Below, piece after piece: positions 12,250 to 24,106 of a stretch of DNA of 64,000 nucleotides (position 1 is its first letter; the number at the start of each line of letters is the position of its first letter). The DNA lies in contig NC_068984.1 of the NCBI RefSeq assembly GCF_001194135.2, positions 133,078,771 through 133,142,770 of the forward strand, written 5' to 3'. The notes below the pieces were generated by a model that ran no database searches, was not told the origin of the DNA, and saw only the letters and a program-made list of their open reading frames with translations. The position numbers and the translations under genes are program-made. This DNA comes from Octopus bimaculoides (taxonomy: Eukaryota).

Positions 12250-12880
12250 ATTAACCTTGGTTTATTTCTCCTGTGGTTTCCTACCTTCTGCAACTCACAT
12301 CACTCTTTCATCTGACTTATACCATATAACTGTATTACACGTCTGTACCATGTCTGCATATATCATCATAATTACTTCATCAGCTTTCAACTTGCCTGTT
12401 AACATTGCATGTCCAGGACAATCTTTATGCATTCATTTCCAACTGCTGTAATTCCTTTGTATTTTGTGCTCTTGGTTTGCTCAAACTCCAACTCTAGACT
12501 CACATTGCAGTACTGCTTGTTTATATAGGTTGTATACGACGGTGCTGCTGTTACACATTCAGATATCCTGAAATACTGACAAAATACGGACCAAATTGAG
12601 AGATTAACACAGACACACCAATACACAGCTTATGGCTAACAAATGGCCAGTTTCTTCTCTTTGCCTTTTGCTTTTTATCACTACTACAGTGACCTCTTCT
12701 TTTCTGAATGAACTAGAAGTGCACTTTTCCATCCAAGCTATTTCTTTCATCCTAGATCCTGCTCTAAACACTTCACCCGATCCGTTCTCATCAGAAAAGT
12801 ATTCCTCAAGGACCTGGAAGGTCATAAGACATTGGTCTTTCTCTATGTTCTCTACAACTTCCATCTTGCACAGACTCTAG
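12250..12880 (-). mobile_element. Heavily decayed RTE-clade LINE ORF fragment
   Basis: Frameshifted remnants FQVLEEYFSDENGSGEV (cf. FKYLG...S..EV..RI), VYNLYKQAVL...CES and ITAVGNECIKIVL (cf. RITAVEMKCLR) in the expected order. Confidence 0.45.
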
Positions 12881-13289
12881 ACACCTACACTGTCATGAGT
12901 CTTATGTGAAGCATTAATTAACTCCACCCACCCACATTTACAATTGTCAGATATATTTCTGCATAATCCACAGTCTTCACTCCATAGCTGTTCATATTAT
13001 TAGATGTCCCAGTATGTGTGGTAAGTATACTTAAAGTTTTGTTTCCCTACCAGTTTATCTACTCAATATAACTATATCTTTTTAAGTTATGAAGTCAATG
13101 TTATTTTGAATTTTTAGATGAGATGTTTTCAGTGAGCAAAACAAGATGTCAGGGAACAAGATATACATGAGACCTTGATAATGGAGTTTGTGTTTCATTT
13201 CTTATCATTTCTTCCTTCTATGTTTGACAAAATAGGTATCAGTATACTAGGATAAGTATAGGAATTTGGGTAGGGTAAATAAAATATAT

Positions 13290-13661
13290 AGGCACAGAAG
13301 TGACTGTGTGGTAAGAAGCTTGCTAAAGACAGACGAAATGCTTAGCAGTATTTCGTCGGTCTTTGCATTCTGAGTTCAAATTCCGCCGAGGTCGACTTTG
13401 CCCATCATCCTTTCGGGGTCGATAAATTAAGTACCAGTTACACACTGGGGTCGATGTAATCGACTTAATCCCTTTGTCTGTGCTTGTTTGGCCCTTTGTG
13501 GGCAATAAAGAAATAAGAAGTTTGCTTCCCAACCACATAGTTCTTGGTTCAGTTCTACTGTGTGGCATCTTAGGCAAGTGTCTTCTACTATAGCATTGGG
13601 CTGACCAAAGCCTTGTGAATTGATTTGGTAGACAGAAACTGAAAGAAGTCCGTCGTATATA
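13290..13661 (+). mobile_element. Family A CORE-SINE interrupted by a family B SINE (13325-13514)
   Basis: 12-bp TSD AAGAAGCTTGCT (13313-13324) / AAGAAGTTTGCT (13515-13526); the outer element resumes TCCCAACCACATAG. Confidence 0.9.
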
Positions 13662-15611
13662 NNNNNNNNNNACAAGTAAAAGATAGAGGATAAAAGATAT
13701 TTTCTTTTTTTTTTCAAACAGTAGAATTTCTTCCAGCATCATCGTATTAATGCAAAATCTAACTTATAAACAAACACATGGTAATTTCAGTAACAACAAT
13801 TTAATAACCCTCTTCTGCTTGACTCTCCCAAGATTTCTGACATTCTGTGCTAACCATATGTTCTCTCTCCTCATCATGTTCCTAATCTCGTAACATTTGA
13901 ATTAATTTCCTACTTTGAGCATCTTGTTTTACCCGATATAGCTCCCAGCCTCAATTTCTAACATCTCATTTTCTCAGGTATTATCATATTTTGGAAGATC
14001 TTGTTTATTTCTTTCTGTATCTTTTTGCATTTCCATATCATTTCTCGCTTTATTCTTCTTATTTCCTTTTCAATTGAATCACAGATGTTCTTTGGTAAAT
14101 GGGATTTTCTTTTGTTTCACTTGTTTTCTTGTGGCTTTCTTTTTTTATTCTCAGAAAGTAAACGAGTTGTTTGGAGGTTTTTTTTTTTTTTTGCTGTTAC
14201 CATTTCTATTTTTTTATTTCCTCTCATTTCAAATGTTACTTTGCCAGAAAAAGCTTCGATAGTTTATGTTCTTCAGCAACTGATTAAAATACAGTTGAAA
14301 TATTGNNNNNNNNNNNNNNNNNNNNNNNNNNNNNNNNNNNNNNNNNNNNNNNNNNNNNNNNNNNNNNNNNNNNNNNNNNNNNNNNNNNNNNNNNNNNNNN
14401 NNNNNNNNNNNNNNNNNNNNNNNNNNNNNNNNNNNNNNNNNNNNNNNNNNNNNNNNNNNNNNNNNNNNNNNNNNNNNNNNNNNNNNNNNNNNNNNNNNNN
14501 NNNNNNNNNNNNNNNNNNNNNNNNNNNNNNNNNNNNNNNNNNNNNNNNNNNNNNNNNNNNNNNNNNNNNNNNNNNNNNNNNNNNNNNNNNNNNNNNNNNN
14601 NNNNNNNNNNNNNNNNNNAGGATTAGAAATGAAACTTCTTTTTTTCTCAGCCTCTTTCCACTTTCGCCTTTTCCTCTTTATGTTTTCCGCTTCTTAAAAA
14701 TAAATATTGTTGTTTTTGTCATTGCTGACACCACCACCACCACCACCACCACCACCAAGTTGCAGCATGGTAATTTCCTATTTTTATTTTTCGCTTTACC
14801 TTCATACAATTATCTCTCTCTCTTTCTCTCACTCCCCCCCCTCTCTCTCTCTCTCTCATCGTTATCATTGTGGAGTAGTTTTCAATTGAATTAATTATAA
14901 CCACTGAAATTAGTGGAATTGAGCAAGAGTTTCAGTAAACGTGGTGCCTTTGTAAGCCTTGCTAAATAACATTGCTATTTCTTCTTCTTCTCCCCTTCTT
15001 CCTCCTCATCATCCTCATTATCATCATCATCATCATAATCATCATACAATTATGGGATCTTGATGTTCTACATCTAACACTGTAGTGATTGCATGTATTT
15101 TGTGTTGTGAATGCTTAAGCAGCCATGCAATTTTCTAATGAGTATTAAATATTTGAAAACCATTGTAAATATTCGGCACATTGAAAGCAAACAAGCAGCT
15201 AAAATAGAACGCTAAATATTGAAACCAACTTAAAATTCTTTTCATACGTGTGGCTTTAGTTTTCAATGCTGTAAATTTAAAGAGATATTCATTTCTCGTA
15301 AACATCAAACTTGCCCTTAATTACCAATATCTGAATCTTCATTTCAGCTATTATACGTCTGTGTTCATCATCAGTATCATCATTTTTTTGTGCACTTTTC
15401 TATGCTTGTATGGGTTGGTTGGAGGTTTTTTGAGGCAGATTTTCTACTGCCAGATGCCTTTCCTGTCACCAATCCTCACCATTTTCCAAGCAGGCTAATA
15501 TTTCCCCATGACCACTCATGTTTTTACAGTATATTGTCAACGATTGACACTGCTTGTATGACAGTTACACTCATTTACAGGTGTCATTCAATGTCGAGAC
15601 AAGGAGATATA

Positions 15612-15648
<37 letters not shown>

Positions 15649-15789
15649 GCTTCTTTCAGTTCTCATCTACTAAATCTATTCACATGGCTTTGTTCGGCTC
15701 AGGGTTATAATAAAAGGCACATTGGGGGACTGAACTTAGAACCATGTAGTTCATATCAGAATTAAATAGAATTGCATGAAGAATGAACA

Positions 15790-18100
15790 GGCATGCTGAT
15801 GGAACTAACTAGTAGGTCGATGAGGGGTGATGTTTAGCTTCAACTTTTGGAGGTTGATGTCTGTAAGAAGAGCTTGAGCAAGGTTTGAGATCTTGGCAGT
15901 TGCAGTTCTGGGGAAGAAGCACCGAGAAAGGTTCTCTTGAACAATTCTGATAGTGAAAGGCCACTAGTGTATGATGTAATGGAGTAAGGCCCCCATGGAT
16001 CTAACCGAAATGAGTCAATAAGAGAGAAAGTCTGTAATTAGAAAGAGAACTATTGAAATGTTTAATGAAGATAAGAGCTAGCTATGGAGTTTACAATTTG
16101 AGATGGAAGGACACTATCAGGACCAGTTGTTTTGTTGAGGTGGTTGGTGTGATATTTGTTGTTATTGTTGGTTAACTCAAAATCAACCCTGATCAAGCAA
16201 ACTTGTGATTGAATACAAACCAATTATGATCAATTCCTTCTTTTTTAGGGTTGTAAAATACATGAAATAATACGTCTTTTCTTAAGACATTAGTTTGCGA
16301 TTTGAGGGAGATTTAGTTGTTTCTAGCAAGATAACTTGGTGGCTATGTACACAATTGTGTGACAGGCACAGCAGACAGGAGAAGGAATTTTATTCGTTTG
16401 TGTATGTTCAAAAGCAAAACAGGCAGCAAGGTGTGTTGGATTTACCTGCAGAGATGTTACTTAGAGGGTCATTGCGTAGGAGGACTTTGCAAAGTTAGCA
16501 GTGAACAAGATGGCTCAGCTGCAATTTGGGAGATGAGAAATCTTGCAACCTGGGTTGACGTATAATGGCATCTTTTGTTTTCTTAATGGCCATTTATAGG
16601 CATTGCAGTGGTACACAAAAGCCTTTCAGTTTGTAATAGTGAATCCTTTTAAGAGTTTGTGACAGTGCAAAGCTCCTTCTAGCCTGTATAGCTGCAGTCA
16701 TTTTCTAATGAATCACTGGGTTAGTGTATAGTATCTTTATATTTTTATGTCAGATGGGTTAGGAAGTCAGCATAGAAGCGGAAGCTTATTTAGTTGATTT
16801 AAAATATCAGTGAATTTAGGTTGTAGAAGTTGTGTAATATGAGGATATAATGTGTATTGCTTAATTAAACAATAATTAAAAGATCCGATAGGGGCTTGGG
16901 GTATGGGAAACAGTGATGGCTCAATATAGATTTTTGTTGTTGTTTTGACCTAGGTCAGCCACAGTTGAGCAGATCTAATCACAGGATTTCTGGCTGTGGC
17001 TTATTTCATCTTTTATCTTTTATTAGTTTTAGTCATTCAACTGTAGCCATGCTGGAGCACCACCTTGAAGGGTTTAGTCAAGCAAATTCACCTCAGTACT
17101 TATTTTTTAAAACTCCGGTAGTTATTTTATCACTCTCTTTTGTTGAAACTGCTAATTACAAGAACATAAACAAACCAACACCAGTTGCCAAGTGGTGGTG
17201 GATACACATATATACATATTAGAGTTTCTTACCACTATATATTATATATCATCATCATCATTTAACATCTGCTTTCCATGCTAGCATGGGTTGGATGATT
17301 TGACTGAAGACTGGTGAACCAGATGACTACACCAGGCTCCAATCTGATTTGGTAGAGTTTCTACAGCTGGATGCCCTTCCTAACGCCAACCACTCCGAGA
17401 GTGTAGTGGGTGCTTTTACGTACCATCGGCACGAAGGCCAGTCAGGCAGTACTGGCAATGGCCACGCTCGAAATGGTGTATTTTACGTGCCACCTGCACA
17501 GGAGCCAGTGCAGCGGTACTGGCAATGAATTTGCTCGAATGTCTTAACACACGTGCGCGCACACACACACACACACATGCTTCCACACTTTCCGTCTACC
17601 AAATTCACTTATAAGGCATTGGTCAGCCTGGAACTATGGTAGCAGACACTCACCCAGACACTATGTGGTTGCAAAGCAAGCTTCTTAACTACACTGCCAA
17701 TGTTTTTAGATATCGTATATCTTCCTTTTTTTTAAAGATTGTTGGATGTGATTTAAGGGAGATTTAGTCATCATTTCTAGTGAGCCCAAGTATCCCTCAA
17801 CCATCCCAGAAGCTCTCTTGTAGGCTCAGGTGAGTAAAGGTTGTATTTACAGGAGAGACAGGTCAAAAGTATTTGGAGAATCAGTGTGTTGATGTGTATA
17901 AGTACGCAAGGAGCGAAACTGGTGTAGAAGGTCCAGAATGAGTACAGAAGGAGTGTGAGAGAGCTAAGACGAATGCGCTGACAGCAATGACTTCAGTGGG
18001 GAAGTGAGTTGAGATTGTTCTCAGTATTATTACTGTTCTCAGTAAAGGATGAGAGATAGTTGAACATCTACTGATGATCAAAGGAGAGACATGATGCTAA
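15790..18100 (-). mobile_element. Decayed CR1-clade LINE, broken by later SINE insertions
   Basis: Minus-strand remnants RCFFPRTAT (about 15920), RFYAD (about 16770, YADD position) and RIRLSSLTLLLYSFWTFY (about 17950), in ORF2 order. Confidence 0.55.
16990..17700 (-). mobile_element. Family A SINE split by an RTE 3' tail (17246-17545)
   Basis: SINE 3' module at 17030-17220, RTE tail with (CAT)n and sub-repeats, SINE head at 17575-17700. Confidence 0.8.
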
Positions 18101-18159
18101 TGCTCTGAATTGTATGTATATGCAGCTAAAACTAGTTTGCGAATATATTGGTTTCAGAT

Positions 18160-18540
18160 TTTAGCACAAGGCCTACAATTTCGAAGGAGCATGGATGAAG
18201 TCAATTACATCGACCCCCAGTGCTCAGCTGGTACTTACTTTATTGACCCTGAAAGGATACAAGGCAAAGTTGAACTTGGTGGAATTTGAACTCAGAACAT
18301 AAAGACAGACAAAATACCATTAAGCGTTTTGCCCAGCATGCTAATGATTCTGCCAGCTCACTGCCTTAGTTTGAGAATATATTGTTTTTTACTCTAGGCA
18401 CAAGGGCCGAAATTTTGGGGGAAGGGTACCAGTCGATTAGATCAACCCCAGTATGCAACTGGTAGTTAATTTATGGACCCCCAAAAAGATGAAAGGTAAA
18501 GTTAACCCTGGCAGAATTTGAACTCAGAGCATAAAGACAG
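18160..18540 (-). mobile_element. Two tandem family B SINEs
   Basis: Two successive copies of GATTACATCGACCCC...GGTA(C/G)TTA...GAAAG..AAAGTT..C..GG..GAATTTGAACTCAGA. Confidence 0.85.
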
Positions 18541-19447
18541 GTGAAGTTTGAGAATATATTGATTATATAATAGGAAAGCTTGTGCTAATCATAATCTGAT
18601 TGGCACATACCTTATCAACATCATCATCATCGTTTTAATGTCCACTTTTCGATGATCGCAAGAGTTGGACAGAATTTTGTTGTTGGATTTACTACAGCTG
18701 GATGCCCTTCTTGTCACCAACCTGTTTTCATAGAATATCAGGTGACACTCGTTTATAACCATCATGTGATGTTAAGGCAAAGAGACAGTAACACACACAC
18801 TCTCTCTCTCTTTCTCTCTCTCTCATACACACATTTTACACACACACACGCGTGATGGGTTTCTTTCAATTTCTGCCTACCTTATCAATTTACAAGATTT
18901 TGTTGGCTTGGAGCTATAGTAAAAGTCACTTGTGCAAGGTTCCATTCAATGCAACTGAACTAGAATCTTCTTGTGGTCGGGAAGCAAACTTCTTGTCACA
19001 CAGCCACACCTGCACCTATTGTGTATTTCCTTTTCTTTGTTTTATCAAAAATAAACCCAATTCAATCCCCGCTTATATTTTGATATTTTGCAGAGGAAAG
19101 GAACATGATTCATAGGATGTCACTCACATCTCCTTGAATAAGGAGGCACAGTCTATTTGCCCTACTAAAATAATATCAATTAAAAAAACAGGAATATTTG
19201 ACAAACGCCAGGTAAATTTCTTTTCTTTTTCTTTTGTTTGTTACCTGATTTTTTTTGGTTTTATTGAAACAATGGTAAAAAAAACAAAATGGAGGGAAAT
19301 TGAGAAAGTGTGAGAAAATAGAAAAAGGGGATGGGAAAATACTTAAATATTTCTTTAAAGGAATTACTTTCAAGTTGGGATTTGTATAAAAATTTTCTGT
19401 TTAAGATTTGTCTCTTCTGAATTTGCTTCACATATACACTCTGTGTG

Positions 19448-19478
<31 letters not shown>

Positions 19479-19974
19479 TTGTGTGTGTGTAAGAGAGATG
19501 TTCTTTCTTTTACTGTCTCTCTTTCTCTCTCTCTCTTTCTTTCTCACACACACACCCACACACACACTGTCAGCCCACCAATAAAACAGACAATGAGGAA
19601 ATTTTTACATGGCCATTCAACATGTTAGAAATAGTAAATCACACTAGTCTTTAAAATAAAACGCAAGAACACATTAATTGATGTAATCCCGGTTGCACTA
19701 TGCCTGAATAAGATTGGATGGTCAGAGCTGGAATGCTTTTGATTATAGGTATGCTTGATAAGGCTAACCCAAGGATAAACAACATCGGCAGATTGACATG
19801 CATTCTGACGTATCTACTTCCATAATTGCACCCTAATTCCAACACATCATTATCATCATCATTGATAATTTAAAACAGTTGACTTCAGTTTATATTCTGG
19901 AAATAAGAAGAATCATTAATTTTTGGTTTTACCCCCAACAAAACCGAGAACGGATAAAGTTCCTTCAAAAGTCA

Positions 19975-20200
19975 TATGGACTCAGAGGGCCAGTTTCATA
20001 GTTTCTGTGGCACATATACTCCCCACTGGACAGGACACTGGTCCATCGCAGGATTACACATTTTTGTCAGCTGAGTGAACTGGAGGGCACATGAAATGTT
20101 TTGCTCAAGATCACAATGAATTGCTTGGTCCAGGAATTGAACCCAGTCTTATGATCACAAATGCAACACCGTAACCCCTAAGCCATGCTTCTCCACAAAG
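19975..20200 (-). mobile_element. tRNA-SINE with Meta/V-like central domain
   Basis: Reverse complement contains CCTGCGATGGACCAGTGTCCTGTCCAGTGGGGAGT...CAGAAAC; similar copies at about 9650-9900, 34500-34700, 56220-56355, 58230-58330. Confidence 0.7.
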
Positions 20201-20689
20201 CATAACTGTAGCTAAAAATACAAATGGTGGTTTTTAACAGTCTTATTGCTAAGAACATGTCATTAGTGAAACATATTTAAAGATTTTGGGCTTCAGTGAT
20301 TTTTCAGCCAATTTAGTGATAGACACCCTGTCTATGTGCATGTATGTGTTTTTGCTAGTGTATATTAATTTCATGCATTGTCATTCATAAGAGTCGACCA
20401 GTAGATTGTCTGAAAATCACTGAAGGCTAGATCTTTGGATTTGTTTCATTTCTGACACATTCCTAGCCATAAAATTGCCTATCACTACCACCACCACCAC
20501 CTGGCTTTAGGTAAAAGAAAATACAGGAGGATCAGTTGATTATGATTTTATTCACATATTCCCCTCTCAGATTCACACAAGGTTGGTGAAAGGATTCAAA
20601 CCTATGACCCTTCACACTACTGTTTGACAACTTTGCCAGCTGTCAGTTCATATGCATACACATGCACACACACAACTCATATACACATA

Positions 20690-20899
20690 TACTTTTACAC
20701 ACATCCCACCAGATGTGTGTAGATTGCTGACCACTACACATATATTTTTTTTCTCTCCTTGTTTCTTTCTGTGTTCCTTTCTGTTGAAGAGCGTAGGCTC
20801 GAAACGTTAAAGACTTTCTCTATTCCCAAGTGTTATACTAATACATCTGTTTGTTGCTTACACCACCTGTCTTCGTCTGTTGTTTTTTCGTGAATTCTC

Positions 20900-20905
<6 letters not shown>
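20690..20905 (+). mobile_element. Penelope-like terminal-repeat-derived non-autonomous element
   Basis: Contains the minimal hammerhead motif typical of PLE terminal repeats; ends in a (TA)n tract. Confidence 0.65.
20777..20812 (+). ncRNA. Minimal type I hammerhead ribozyme-like motif (variant core CUGUUGA)
   Basis: CTTT-CTGTTGA-A-GAGC GTAG GCTC-GAAA-CGTT-AAAG: stem I CUUU/AAAG, stem II GAGC/GCUC, palindromic stem III ACGU, cleavage triplet GUU. Confidence 0.65.
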
Positions 20906-20935
<30 letters not shown>

Positions 20936-21370
20936 ACCGTTAGGGACTGATGAAACATATGTAAAGTAAAGCACTTAATGGACACAATATCCTGGGTAAC
21001 CCTATGAACCGGCCATAACTCTCTTTATCTAAATACTCTACTGCTCTGTAACTTAGAGTGTGCTTCTCTTTCAGATTTATGATTTACTGACAATATATGT
21101 GTGTGTGTGTGTGTATGTATATATAGAGAGAGACGGACAGATAGATTACACATACACACACACCAGATTACATGTATATGCACACAAGCATTGCACCAAA
21201 AATACAAATGCATGCACACTTCACATACATATATTCACACATGACATATGTACTATGCATACACATTAACACAACACATGCAATCAGGTACATATACACA
21301 CACCATTGATATACATACTTGCAAAAACACCCCTACACTTTACATATACTCACATCCCCCTTGTTACACT

Positions 21371-21520
21371 CTAACACAAAACAAAACCAGTGTTGGAGTT
21401 ACATTTCTTGACCCCGTTAACCTTTTCCTTGAGCTCATCAACCTTTTTCTTGACCTCATTGATCATTTTGTTGATCTCTTTATTGACCTTTTTGTTGACT
21501 TCTTTCAAGATTGAATGCAT
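21371..21520 (-). CDS. Candidate 49-aa coiled-coil micro-ORF built from a 21-bp (12+9) degenerate repeat
   Basis: MHSILKEVNKKVNKEINKMINEVKKKVDELKEKVNGVKKCNSNTGFVLC*; hydrophobic residues spaced 3/4; expression unknown. Confidence 0.25.
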   Translation of the reverse strand: MHSILKEVNKKVNKEINKMINEVKKKVDELKEKVNGVKKCNSNTGFVLC

Positions 21521-21920
21521 ATAGATGAGACTATCAATATTTATTTACTCGAAACTCATGTTGTTATGTTCTTAGTCCAGTAACTATTGTCAGACTGTCA
21601 AACTATTGTTCAATAAGAGGTGTCAGTCAGAAGTTTTGTTTACACTTTAATAAGTAGCCTTTCATTACTATCATTTGCATTTTATGAGGGAAAGGTGAGC
21701 AGCAAAACTTAATGAATTGTTAAATGACAATGAAACTAGTTAGCGCGGTTCTCATCCAAGCTTAATTTTACACCAAGACTAAATACATATGGATATGAGA
21801 CTGAATTTATATTTATTCATAACCCCTGCTATTTTACTATTTTAGTAATTATTGTATTATATCAGATACCTTAAGTAGTAAATCAAGTACCTTAAGCAGC
21901 ACATCAATATTATTAGGTAT

Positions 21921-22140
21921 ACCAAGACGACGGACTGGCTGAATCATTAGCATGCAGGGCAAAATGCTTAGTGGCATTTTGTCTGTCTTTACATTCTGAG
22001 ATCAAATTCTGTCGAGGTTGATTTTGTATTTCATCCTTTTGGGGTTGATAAAATAATTACCAGTTGAGCACTGGGGTCAATGTAATTGACTTACTCCCTT
22101 TCACCGGACTTGTTGGCCTTGTGCCAAAATTTGAAGCCAG
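21921..22140 (+). mobile_element. Full-length family B SINE with TSD
   Basis: TSD TATTATTAGGTAT (21908-21920) / TATTATCAGGTAT (22141-22153). Confidence 0.9.
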
Positions 22141-22399
22141 TATTATCAGGTATGCCTGATCACACCTGATAATTAACTATTACATCAGACATATTGTTAC
22201 ATCAAACCTTTTGAGTAGGTAAGATGATACACTAAATGGTACATTAGACATATAATGTGTCATATCAAATACTTTGAGGATACATCAGATATCTTTAAAG
22301 ATATATTATACACCTCAGGTAGTGCATTAACAATAACTGATACAAGAACAATGTTGCTTTATCAGAAGTACACCAAAAGCATGCAATGGTGGTGACATG

Positions 22400-22960
22400 A
22401 TACAAATTTCTAACTGCTCAATCGGAGGAATTCCAACCACGTTTCGTGGTTTGCTAACTCAGCAGCTCCTTTACAGGATCCAGTGGTTAAGGACATCAAG
22501 AGGAACCATATCCAGTTTTGGCCCCTACTCCTCTACCATTTTCTAAAGTGGCGCGAGCCCCCACTCCCCCACCTTTCGGAGTTGTGTTCAGTTCTGGTGT
22601 TGAGTGTGTTTTTTTTTTTTGTTCTTTGGTTTCATTGTCTTCCTTGTAGTGTCAACAAATTTCAGCAGGCAAATGACCACCCTGCCAAATTTCCCTTTAA
22701 ATACTCACCGTTAGGTGCCAGCTAACTGTCATATGACACAAATCTAAGCTTCAATAGCCGGTATCAACTGTCACGTGTTGCAGTCTACTGGCCAATAGAG
22801 GGGAAGTATGCGTAGTTTTGGCTCGCTCCCTCTCTAGACCTACCTTTCTACAGAGTCGTGGGAATATCAGCTCCAGTAGCCAGTGCCAACTAGCTGTCTC
22901 ATGGTACAAGCCTTCGAACTATCAGGAATACAAGCTGAAAGGACTTTGAGGTCGATCCAT
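22400..22960. promoter_or_regulatory. CpG-enriched unique segment, candidate (bidirectional) promoter
   Basis: About 14 CpG in 560 bp counted by eye against depleted flanks; E-box CACGTG 22772-22777; CCAAT 22792-22796; minus-strand donor ACG|GTGAGT at 22709/22708. Confidence 0.45.
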
Positions 22961-23165
22961 TGACCCAATGAAACAGATGTTGTGAATGGTTGGTTTTGAA
23001 GTGTAATAGCCAATCGTCTTTCAGTACATTTTTTTGTTTGTTTTTCACTGTGCTTATTATTTTGACCCAATGAAACAAATGTTGTGAATGTTTGGTTTTG
23101 AAGTGTAATAGCCAATCGTCTTTCAGTACATTTTTTTGTTTGTTTTTTCACAGAAACATATATGC
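22961..23165. repeat. Recent 102-bp tandem duplication
   Basis: TGACCCAATGAAACA(G/A)ATGTTGTGAATG... at 22961 and 23063, nearly identical. Confidence 0.95.
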
Positions 23166-23369
23166 TTATTATTTTATTTATTTACATATATTGTATTGTT
23201 TTAGGGTTTCTTATTGTGATAGATGTATTGTACTGTTTATAAGCTTTCATAATATATATAGATTTACACAGTAATAAAGTAGTTTTAGACACTTTGTCCT
23301 TTGTTTTCTGCATGCACCTATCAATTTCAATCTCAACAGAAAAAAAATTTTGGTCTTTTTGGCTACAAA

Positions 23370-23700
23370 TGCCAAAACAGTGTGTGCCTCAAAAGAGTTA
23401 AGAATCTTACTTTGCAACCACATGGTTTCAGGTTCAGTCTCATTACCTGGAACCACGGGCAAGTGTCTTCTGCTATAGCGCTGGGCCAACTAATGCTGTT
23501 AAGTAGACAGAAACTTGTATATATGTATGTTTGTCCCCTATCACTGCATAACAACCAGTGTGAGTTTGTTTACACCCACTTAATGGTTTGGCAAAAGATT
23601 CAAAATAATAAGAACTGACGTCAATTTGTTTAACCATACCGTTGAAGGTGGTGCCCCAGCAGGCTACAATCCAATGGCTGAAACAAATAAAGATAAAGCA
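23370..23700 (+). mobile_element. Family A CORE-SINE, diverged
   Basis: CCACATGGTTTCAGGTTCAGTC...GGGCAAGTGTCTTCTGCTATAGC; tail GGCTGAAACAAATAAAAG. Confidence 0.85.
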
Positions 23701-24072
23701 TTGTTTTCTAATATTCTTGTTAAATTTCACTTTATTCTATTTAACAATTGTTATTGAAAGACAAGCAGTTTTAAAATTCCTATCAATTTGATTAGCTGTT
23801 ATTTTGATATATCTGTATATTGGTTAGTTTTTATCTTCCAGAATTCTTCTGTTGCTATTCAGCACAAAGTTTCCCTGTCAATTAGCTGCAGGAAACTTCT
23901 TGTGTGGTGTGGAATGATTATTTTTATTGTTTATTAAAAATTAATTTCTTTGATTAATATTTTGATTTCAATGTGTTTCATTTCCTGTTCAGCAAAGTTT
24001 CAAGCTTGTCAGGTTAACATGGCTCAGTCAGTTCACAGATTTTTATAACTCTCTTCTTAAAGAGTGGAAGTG

Positions 24073-24106
<34 letters not shown>

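Noticed and set aside
12632-12880. ORF with a signal-peptide-like start (MANKWPVSSLCLLLF...)
   Set aside because: Better explained as the antisense of a decayed RTE ORF
14001-14894. 297-aa ORF and other long ORFs at 52048-52615 and 62112-62892
   Set aside because: Length comes from N runs, microsatellites or T-rich low complexity
21850-22400. Recurring ACATCAGATA/CCTT motifs suggesting a degenerate minisatellite
   Set aside because: No consistent period could be established by eye
22415-22465. Minus-strand CTGCTGA-GTT AGCA AAC-CAC-GAAACGTG as a third hammerhead
   Set aside because: Core altered at A6, extra CAC before GAAA, non-cleavable GUG triplet and no stem I
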